A DNA stretch of 64,000 nucleotides from a virus. Both the position numbers and the translations under genes were made by a program. The notes under the pieces are model-generated. The model saw nothing but the letters and a program-made list of their open reading frames with translations. It searched no databases and was not told where the DNA came from. Positions 56,765 to 64,000 of this stretch are shown here, piece by piece; the first letter of the stretch is position 1; each line of letters starts with the position of its first letter. The stretch spans positions 64,001 through 128,000 of IMG/VR virus record IMGVR_UViG_3300036987_000083; one strand, 5' to 3'.

Positions 56765-57493
56765 GTGACGGTCAATACCTTGATGGACGAGGCGGCGCTC
56801 CTCAATTGGATGCTGCGTCGTTTGGGTGCCCCTCTACTCAAGGTGGAGTTGACGCAGTGTCACTTTGAGGACAACATTTCAGATGCCAAGCACTGGTTCT
56901 CCTCGAAAAAAGGGGTGAAGAAGCAGATGATTATGCGAACCGTGCCCGGCCAAGTGGAGTACCCCTTGGCCGATGATGTGGACACGGTCCTTGACGTGGC
57001 ATTCTCTGTCCCACCCATGGACATCTCCACGGTCTTCTACCCTTTCGCCATGCAGGGAGAGTCCATCCCTTACAACGCGTTTATGGCGCCAGGCTCTGGT
57101 GGACTGTATTCCTCGTACACGCAAACCCTGATGTACGTTGAAAGCGCTAAAAGAGTTTTGGGTGCCGAGCCCGACTGGCGACAGGAAGGTCGAAAGCTCT
57201 ATTTGTTCCCTGTGCCTAAAAACGACAACGGCGTCTGGGTAGATTACAAGGCCAACGTTTTCACCATTGAGCAGCTTAATGAGCGCGACCACGATTTGGT
57301 GAAGCGGTATGCCTTGGCAAAGGCCAAGGCAGACCTAGCGGAAATTCGCGGTAAGTACGATTCTTACCCAGGGGCCCAAGGCAGCACCACGCTGAACTCT
57401 GCCATTTTGAGGGAATCCGCACTCGCAGAAATAGAAAAGCTCGAAGAGGAGATCATCCTGAGCGGGTATCCACTTGGATTCACCACGGGATGA
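56765..57493 (+). CDS. gp13: neck protein, T4 gp13-like (242 aa)
   Basis: LRRLGAPLLKVEL, VKRYALAKAK..RGKY..TLN. Confidence 0.8.
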   Translation: MTVNTLMDEAALLNWMLRRLGAPLLKVELTQCHFEDNISDAKHWFSSKKGVKKQMIMRTVPGQVEYPLADDVDTVLDVAFSVPPMDISTVFYPFAMQGESIPYNAFMAPGSGGLYSSYTQTLMYVESAKRVLGAEPDWRQEGRKLYLFPVPKNDNGVWVDYKANVFTIEQLNERDHDLVKRYALAKAKADLAEIRGKYDSYPGAQGSTTLNSAILRESALAEIEKLEEEIILSGYPLGFTTG

Positions 57494-57496
57494 CCC

Positions 57497-58087
57497 ATGG
57501 CAGACAATTGCAAGAACCCTAAACCGTACGCCTTTGCAGGGAATGGCTGCATTGTGTCCCCCATGAAGGATGGGGAGGATTTTAGAATTAGCGACTCCGA
57601 GAGGGGACTTCTCGAAGGGTACGCAAACGAGCAAACCAAAATTGGCGGGGTGCCGGTAGACTACTGGTGCATTAACGCTGTGGATACGGTGAGGGATCCT
57701 TTATACGCGGAGCCGATAGAGCGCATGTTTATTGGCCCCTTCCGTCTCTTTGCTGTATTCCAAGCGCCACAGCATACCGTTAGTTCCACGGAAGAGGGGC
57801 TCTTGGACGAGTTTACCTCCACTTGTTCCATCCCACGGAAGGCGTTTGAAGACGCTGGGGCGCCTCTTCCGGGGCCTGGGGACGTGCTAAACGTGTGGAA
57901 CCTCCCTATTTACACGGCCATATCCACCGTGGAGGCGCTGCCACTGCCGGGATCCGGCTACTACTTTGACATCTTGCAGGCCAACCCCGATGGCTACATT
58001 GCAGACAGCCCTACTTTTGTCAGGTGGGTTCTACCCCTCAAGCGCCGTACCACCTTTACGCCGGAACGCCGGTTAGTACGTCCGTAA
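57497..58087 (+). CDS. gp14: neck protein, T4 gp14-like (196 aa)
   Basis: DPLYAE, P.PGDVL; follows gp13. Confidence 0.65.
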   Translation: MADNCKNPKPYAFAGNGCIVSPMKDGEDFRISDSERGLLEGYANEQTKIGGVPVDYWCINAVDTVRDPLYAEPIERMFIGPFRLFAVFQAPQHTVSSTEEGLLDEFTSTCSIPRKAFEDAGAPLPGPGDVLNVWNLPIYTAISTVEALPLPGSGYYFDILQANPDGYIADSPTFVRWVLPLKRRTTFTPERRLVRP

Positions 58088-58096
58088 GGGGGTCAC

Positions 58097-58558
58097 ATGG
58101 GAGTAGATCCGACTAAGGTGGCACTGGCGATGGCTGGGGGCTTGAGTGCCGTGTGCGCTTCCTGTCAAAAGTACTGGGAGGCCCGGGACCGTGGCATTCC
58201 AGGCGATGCCTGCACTTCCAAGATGAAGTGCGGCTCCCCCATGGCCGGAGACGCTTTTACGGATTATGACGGGCCGCTCAAGGGTGCGCTTCATCAGTGG
58301 TGTTTTGTCTGCGCAAAGCGCTCTGATTTCGGCATTAAAGTTACGGGGCGACTAGTCACCATAGGTGTTTGCAGGGGACACGTACGCTACATAGAAGACT
58401 TACGCGTAGTAGGGGGGCCGGTGCTGCGCATAGAGGTGCAGGATGCTAACAACGCCGCTCCTGGCGTAATTCCAACGAAGCGCTCATTAGCAGAGGCTAT
58501 TAACGAGGTTGAGCGCTACTACGCCAAAAAAGAAGGGAGAGACCCCGATGCCGCGTAA
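58097..58558 (+). CDS. Cys-rich Zn-binding protein (153 aa)
   Basis: CASC, C..MKC, CFVC, VC..H. Confidence 0.65.
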   Translation: MGVDPTKVALAMAGGLSAVCASCQKYWEARDRGIPGDACTSKMKCGSPMAGDAFTDYDGPLKGALHQWCFVCAKRSDFGIKVTGRLVTIGVCRGHVRYIEDLRVVGGPVLRIEVQDANNAAPGVIPTKRSLAEAINEVERYYAKKEGRDPDAA

Positions 58559-59402
58559 TCGAGGGTTATCTCTGCGAATTACACCCGATAAAGAGAACAA
58601 AGATGTTTTGCGGATGCTGGAGTTGAACTGGAAAAAGCGCTTCGAGAACTTGAAGGCCCAGATAGTTTACCGCGCAGCTTCTAGCTTTTTGGATACTATC
58701 CGCAAGAAAGTACCTTCGACTACAGACACAAAGCAGTACCTCGATGCTTTAGAGCTTGTTCGCATCAAGGGGCTGCCTGATGCGGCAGTCGGCTACGCTA
58801 TCCGGTCCAAGCCCAAAAAGGCACGCGGCAGCAAGCTCGGCACGGACAGCACCATCATCTACGTGCAGGCTCGCAGGAGTCCAAAAAGACTGAACCCCGA
58901 AGTGGCTACACTCGTACGGCACAGCCCTTGGACTTTAGAGTCTTTGCCATTCATGCCCAAAAAGAGTGATGCCTTACTTGTCTACCGGAAGGTAAGTGCA
59001 CGCACAGTGGAAAAAGTGACGAAGGCCCGTAAAAAAGACAGCCGAAAGTGGGTGCGAGAACTTAGTCGCAAAAACATTAAGCCCAAGAACTCCAAACGAA
59101 AGTGGAATTCCGGAAACTCAGGTCTCAAGTCCATCTCAGATATTGCATACACTGCGTTGAACATGGAGTTCGGTACTGGCGGGGTCAGCGCGCAGCCGCA
59201 CTGGCGCATCGCTGCTTCAGTATTGAAACGCAAAGAGATTGGAAATATGATTAAAGGTCAAGACTTTGCCAGGTCTGTAACAAAGCCTGAATCCAAAACG
59301 TGGGTGACTTGGCCAAAGAAGACGCAGAAAAGCATTTCGGCTACAGTAGCTAAAACTTTTGTACCGTTTCAGAAAAAGCTTGGAATCAAGTTTAACTCCT
59401 AA
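58548..59402 (+). CDS. basic head-tail joining-region protein (284 aa)
   Basis: LNMEFGT..PHWR similar to HK97 gp10-like neck proteins; positional. Confidence 0.55.
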   Translation: MPRNRGLSLRITPDKENKDVLRMLELNWKKRFENLKAQIVYRAASSFLDTIRKKVPSTTDTKQYLDALELVRIKGLPDAAVGYAIRSKPKKARGSKLGTDSTIIYVQARRSPKRLNPEVATLVRHSPWTLESLPFMPKKSDALLVYRKVSARTVEKVTKARKKDSRKWVRELSRKNIKPKNSKRKWNSGNSGLKSISDIAYTALNMEFGTGGVSAQPHWRIAASVLKRKEIGNMIKGQDFARSVTKPESKTWVTWPKKTQKSISATVAKTFVPFQKKLGIKFNS

Positions 59403-59421
59403 ACCCACCAAAGGTACCTGA

Positions 59422-59832
59422 ATGAACGCACAGATTAACGGAGTACTAGAGCAGATTCGCGAGAAGCTGCTGGAGTCTGCTTGGGGTGGTGCGGTGGTGA
59501 CACCAGTTCCTCCTGGGGTGACTCCGGATCTACCTATGGCAAATACCGCGAAGGCGGCAGATATCCCGGATTCAGAGACAGATGACGCGCTCGACATGTA
59601 CCTCTCCGGCATGGTGGATAGCCTGCTGAATCAGTACGACGCTACCGACGAGGAGGCGGCCGACATTGTTTTTGCGGCAATCGACCGGGCCGTTCAGGAT
59701 GGCAAGATTCCGGAAATGCCGAGCGACAATGCGGATCCGCAGGAGATTCCGTTGTGGGTAGGCAAGGCCACCATCGCCAACCTCTCTCGCTACGTAAACG
59801 AGTTTGCGCGTGAAAATTCGGAAGAAGCGTAA
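59422..59832 (+). CDS. acidic hypothetical protein (136 aa)
   Basis: N-terminal ..KLLE/ segment. Confidence 0.65.
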   Translation: MNAQINGVLEQIREKLLESAWGGAVVTPVPPGVTPDLPMANTAKAADIPDSETDDALDMYLSGMVDSLLNQYDATDEEAADIVFAAIDRAVQDGKIPEMPSDNADPQEIPLWVGKATIANLSRYVNEFARENSEEA

Positions 59833-59848
59833 CTAAGAGGCGGACCAA

Positions 59849-60568
59849 ATGGCTGATAACGTCGGTACTGCTGCCCTTCGCGCACGAGTGGAAGGTAGCG
59901 CGCAGACAGGCATCGTGACCGTCAGGGACTTCGACCAAGGTGTCGTCGAAACGCTGGGTGCAGTTATAATCCACGACGCCTACTTCATTACCGAATTAGC
60001 AGGCCTAGACCCACCTCCAGGGGAGCCTGGTGTGCGAGTGGTTTTCTCCCACCCGGAGGAGGTGCTGCAAACTCACCGCATGCCCGTAATTGAGGTGCGA
60101 CGAGACGATATTAGTCCTGCGGTTCAACGCTGGCACCCGGGGATGGAAACTTACCGCGCGCCTGCGGCTGGGGCTCTTAGCACTACGTCCCCTTTTTCGG
60201 GGGATGCCCGCAGGGGTTGGACCCGCACGGAGGTTGCGCAGCAAGCTGCACCGTTTGACATCCTGTACACTATCAACATTCAGGCGAGGCAGCGCCAACA
60301 CATGGCGGCTGCAAACAAGATTCTGGCCTACGTGTTGGGCATCTACCAGCCGTATTCCTCCGTACTGATTTACGACAGCATAGGTGACCGTAGGTCCTAC
60401 GAGGCTTTTCTTGAGGCCGTCGCACCACTTGATAACGTACCGGGGGTAGGGGATCGGACAATAGGGTTTGCTTTGTCTCTTCGGGTGGAGGCGGAATTAG
60501 ATATCAATCCACCCACGAAACACGGTACAGTTTCAAGTGCAGCCCGCATTTCGCTGTTTCGGAGATAA
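59849..60568 (+). CDS. putative tail completion/terminator protein (gp15-like position, 239 aa)
   Basis: Upstream of sheath; PFDILYTINI; positional. Confidence 0.5.
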   Translation: MADNVGTAALRARVEGSAQTGIVTVRDFDQGVVETLGAVIIHDAYFITELAGLDPPPGEPGVRVVFSHPEEVLQTHRMPVIEVRRDDISPAVQRWHPGMETYRAPAAGALSTTSPFSGDARRGWTRTEVAQQAAPFDILYTINIQARQRQHMAAANKILAYVLGIYQPYSSVLIYDSIGDRRSYEAFLEAVAPLDNVPGVGDRTIGFALSLRVEAELDINPPTKHGTVSSAARISLFRR

Positions 60569-60575
60569 GAACGCC

Positions 60576-60980
60576 ATGGGTGACTACTACAACACGACAC
60601 GTACCTCACTCAGTGTACTTTTGGGCCGGGGAGGTTCTGTGGTTATTGGACCGAAGACTTGGTGCTACGTTTCCCCCGAGGACGAGGGTACCACAAGCCT
60701 GACGGCGTCCCTGCGTAAGGGGCACCTCGTTCGGGCTACAGCACCGAGAACGACCGCTTCGGTCCCGTCCGTGGTGCCGGTTGGTCCGCCTGTGCCTGCG
60801 GTTGCGGAGGTCCTCCCCTTGGAGGTGGTGGTGACGGCAACCCCGGTTCCAGAAAGTGCGCCTCCGACGGTCTCGACACTGGAGCCTGAGCTTGGGTCCG
60901 AGCCTGAGCCCGAGAGGCCAATTCCGACAGTAGTAGGGTATAAGCAGTCGGGTCGAAATAAGCACAGGAACTCCATCTAG
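60576..60980 (+). CDS. hypothetical protein (134 aa)
   Basis: GGAG SD; Pro-rich tail. Confidence 0.6.
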   Translation: MGDYYNTTRTSLSVLLGRGGSVVIGPKTWCYVSPEDEGTTSLTASLRKGHLVRATAPRTTASVPSVVPVGPPVPAVAEVLPLEVVVTATPVPESAPPTVSTLEPELGSEPEPERPIPTVVGYKQSGRNKHRNSI

Positions 60981-61093
60981 GAGTCTGCTACCGTGCGTGT
61001 CCGAAAGATTGAAACGCTCCAAAAAAAGTGTATGGAGCCGCAAAGTATTCTAAAACACGAACCAGCGCTCACGCGCATTACTAGGAGCTGAAA

Positions 61094-63958
61094 ATGGCAG
61101 AGATCTTGAGCGCTGGCGTCTACATCGAGGAAGTAGCGTCGAGCCAGAATGTCATTCCGGGGGTGTCTACGTCGAACCTTGGGGTCATTGGTTTTACCCC
61201 TAAGGGTCCTACGGACGTCGCCACGTTGGTAACAAGCTTCACCCAGTTTACGCGGATTTTCGGGGCAGATAACAAGCACTCGTTGGCCGTAAAGAGCATC
61301 CAGGCGTTTTACGCCAACGGCGGTCGTCGTGCATTCTTCGTGCGTGTCGTGCCCAGTGACTCTGTCAAGGCGGACGGTCGCATTCAGAGTACGACTTACA
61401 ACACCGTCCTCGAAACGGGCGACGGTGTTGCAACGGTTTACTCCAAGACCGCGAGTAACTCGGTCCTCAAGGACAACGGGGGTGCTACTCCGATTGTCCC
61501 AGGCTCGTTTACGGCCAAGTTCCGTGGTGTTGGTGCCGCGTTGAGCGACGATCCTGCACGGGCACGTGATGGCACTACCGCGCTGGTTGGTGACGGTGTT
61601 GTTACTGAATTTGAAGGACGCATTGACCCCTATAAACACCAGGTCGTGGGCACTGGCGCCTCTGGGGTGTACTTCCGTGCACTCCTTCCGGGCGCGTCTT
61701 CTGTTCGAATTGCTTATGTGTCCGGTGGATCCTTGGGCATCGTGGTTTCCGGTAACGACATCACGATTACCTACGAGGCAGGCGTCACTACTGCGACTGC
61801 CCTTGCGGCTGCCGTAAACGTACACGCCCAAGCGTCTCTGCTGGTGAATGCCACGGCGCTCGCTGGTGGTGCGGGCGTAGTGGTGGCTGTGCAGGCGCTC
61901 ACACTCCTCGCTGGAATTCCGGCAATCGATACCGAGCTAGATGTCGTAACTTCGGGTACGGGCGGTGTAGACGTTGTTATCACTTGGGGTTCTGCTGGCG
62001 GGAAATCCCTCACGTTCCCAGCAGCATCCGCTGGGCCCGTAGTAACTGGCACATCTGCTGACGGCACAGGTTCTTTCGACCGCCGCACGGGTATTTTTTC
62101 CGTTACCAGCACTGTTGCAGTCTCTGCGGATCCTGTAATGGTGACGGGTACTGCCGCGTCGGACACGTACACAATTGCCAGCGGCACTACCGTAGATACT
62201 CAGGGTCGGATGTTGCTAACGGGGGCAGCACTCTCGGGCACCGGCATTACGACTAACCATGTGAACGTGGCTGACGGTAGCTATTCTGTCGAACTCTCTG
62301 GTGGAACGCTTTTCCACCGGAACGGGAAGATGGTTGCTAGCTACAAAATTAACGCTTGGAATATCCTCCCAATTTCTAATGGTGTCTGGGGTAATGACCT
62401 CCGAGTGGATATCTCCGGGAATCAGAACTACTTCACCGCCTCTACCGGCCAGTATTCCAAGTTCAACGTCAATGTTTTGACGCGGGACAACACCACGCAG
62501 CTCTACTCGGTGGCGGAGACCTACGAAGAGTTGGTTTTCGATGACCCTACCTCTGCGGTCTATTTCCCGGACGTACTGAATGAGCTGTCGGATCTCATCG
62601 CGGTCGTAGAGCCTGGCGCAGATGAGGCGCCTGGAGAGCTGGGTGCTGTGAGCCACTCCTACGTTATTGGAGGCGGAGATGGCTCAACGGCAGGCAAGGC
62701 TTTTTCGCTGGTGCTTCCGAACACCACGGTCGCTCGGCGCAGTGTCGTAATCACGTATACCTCAGACACTGACGACTTGGTTAAGACCATTACCGACGAC
62801 GGCAGTGGCTCGATGGTTGGTGACGTGGATGGCGCAGGCACCAACACAATCTCATACACCAGTGGCGCAGTCTCCTTCTCCACCGTGCATCCGGTGAAGG
62901 CGGGTACCCTGGTTGCCGCAACCTATGCGACTGCCGCCGCAGAGACTACGCACACCGAGAAACTCGGTGACGACGCTAAGGACTACAGCTACACCTTGAC
63001 GGTGGGCGGGCTACAGTCCTTTTACACGGCGGGTAGCGATGGGACGTTCACGGGGTCCACCTACACCAGGAGCCAGTTTACGGACCCGGCGCTCATTCCG
63101 GACAATAAGGGCTTGTACGCCCTGAACCGGGTTGATGAGTTGATGCAGGTAATCGTCCCGGACTTCACAAGCGCTGGGGATATCGCAGTAATCGGAGACC
63201 TGCTGGATTATGCAGCGGATCGGGCTAGCTCTCCCTCCGGTGGTGACCGCTTCATCATCCTCACTACCCCCAAGGGCTCCAGCCCCCAAGAGGCCGTGGA
63301 TTGGTTCCGATACACGCTAGGCCGGTACAGCAAGTATGCGGCACTCTACTGGCCTTGGGTTACCGTGGCGGATTCGCTGTCTAACGGGCGAAACCTCACC
63401 ATCCCGCCCTTGGGCCACGTCGCGGGTGTGTACGCGCGAACGGATGCTACCAAGAACGTAGGGAAGTCCCCCGGTGGAACTGTAGACGGCGCGCTGCGAG
63501 GGCTGACGGGTTTGGAGTATGTTTCTACGCTAGGCGAACGCGACTTCGTGTACCCGCACAAGATTAACCCCCTCATTGACTCCGCGCAGACGGGGCTGGC
63601 AATCTGGGGCGTACGTACCATCGCGATTGAAAGCGAGTGGCGTTACATTAACGCTCGTCGTTTATTCATGTTCGTGGAGAAGTCCGTCTTCAATGCTACG
63701 CACTGGATTGTATTCGAGAACAACGGTCCAATGCTTTGGGCGAAAGTTAAAGCTCAGTTGACCGGTTTCCTTACTAACTTGTTCAACGAGGGCTACTTCG
63801 CCGGGAACTCGCCTTCGCAGGCCTTTTTCGTCATCTGCGACGAGACTAATAATCCACAGTCCAGCATTGACGCAGGACAGGTCATTATTGACGTGGGTCT
63901 CGCGCCTAACAAACCTGCGGAATTCGTGCGCTTCAGGTTTTCACAAGTTTCTCTCTAA
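61094..63958 (+). CDS. gp18: tail sheath protein, gp18-like, with large insertions (954 aa)
   Basis: PGVYIEE-like N-terminus, YAALYWPW, PP.GHVAG.YAR.D, WRYINARRLF..VEKS, PNKPAEFV. Confidence 0.93.
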   Translation: MAEILSAGVYIEEVASSQNVIPGVSTSNLGVIGFTPKGPTDVATLVTSFTQFTRIFGADNKHSLAVKSIQAFYANGGRRAFFVRVVPSDSVKADGRIQSTTYNTVLETGDGVATVYSKTASNSVLKDNGGATPIVPGSFTAKFRGVGAALSDDPARARDGTTALVGDGVVTEFEGRIDPYKHQVVGTGASGVYFRALLPGASSVRIAYVSGGSLGIVVSGNDITITYEAGVTTATALAAAVNVHAQASLLVNATALAGGAGVVVAVQALTLLAGIPAIDTELDVVTSGTGGVDVVITWGSAGGKSLTFPAASAGPVVTGTSADGTGSFDRRTGIFSVTSTVAVSADPVMVTGTAASDTYTIASGTTVDTQGRMLLTGAALSGTGITTNHVNVADGSYSVELSGGTLFHRNGKMVASYKINAWNILPISNGVWGNDLRVDISGNQNYFTASTGQYSKFNVNVLTRDNTTQLYSVAETYEELVFDDPTSAVYFPDVLNELSDLIAVVEPGADEAPGELGAVSHSYVIGGGDGSTAGKAFSLVLPNTTVARRSVVITYTSDTDDLVKTITDDGSGSMVGDVDGAGTNTISYTSGAVSFSTVHPVKAGTLVAATYATAAAETTHTEKLGDDAKDYSYTLTVGGLQSFYTAGSDGTFTGSTYTRSQFTDPALIPDNKGLYALNRVDELMQVIVPDFTSAGDIAVIGDLLDYAADRASSPSGGDRFIILTTPKGSSPQEAVDWFRYTLGRYSKYAALYWPWVTVADSLSNGRNLTIPPLGHVAGVYARTDATKNVGKSPGGTVDGALRGLTGLEYVSTLGERDFVYPHKINPLIDSAQTGLAIWGVRTIAIESEWRYINARRLFMFVEKSVFNATHWIVFENNGPMLWAKVKAQLTGFLTNLFNEGYFAGNSPSQAFFVICDETNNPQSSIDAGQVIIDVGLAPNKPAEFVRFRFSQVSL

Positions 63959-64000
63959 ATTTTAGAGACCTTTCGATTGAAGTAGACTTGTAGTACACTT

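Overview
This is a 64-kb segment of a large myovirus-like (T4-type head/tail module) phage genome with three parts. (1) 1-21.1 kb: a GC-rich early/host-takeover array of about 60 short, mostly minus-strand genes. Most are single-gene or short-operon cassettes with their own sigma70-type promoter (TTGACA-N17/18-TATAAG). They are separated by a stereotyped spacer: stop codon, 16-18 bp palindrome (A)GCGACCA-NN-TGGTCGC(T), GC hairpin terminator, TGCCAGG, 11-bp GGGAGTTTTCC box, and sometimes a sigma54-like upstream module. Recognisable products are an ADP-ribosylglycohydrolase, a 2H phosphoesterase, a SWIM finger and many Zn-finger or acidic microproteins. The region also holds a tandem pair of H-type RNA pseudoknots, each starting with the UAG stop of a minigene. 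(2) 21.6-35.8 kb: plus-strand virion accessory genes and short hypotheticals, a radical SAM enzyme next to a GFITNSSS-motif protein, and a PolA motif-A fragment. (3) 36-64 kb: a 1463-aa multidomain protein (PE linker, two winged helices, HipA/PI3K-like kinase, possible ART-like C-terminus), putative TerS, TerL with two inteins (LAGLIDADG and HNH), portal, prohead core, protease-scaffold, major capsid, a frameshifted LAGLIDADG endonuclease, neck proteins and tail sheath. No tRNA, rRNA, CRISPR array or integrase was seen. All motif counts and family assignments were made by eye, with no database searches.
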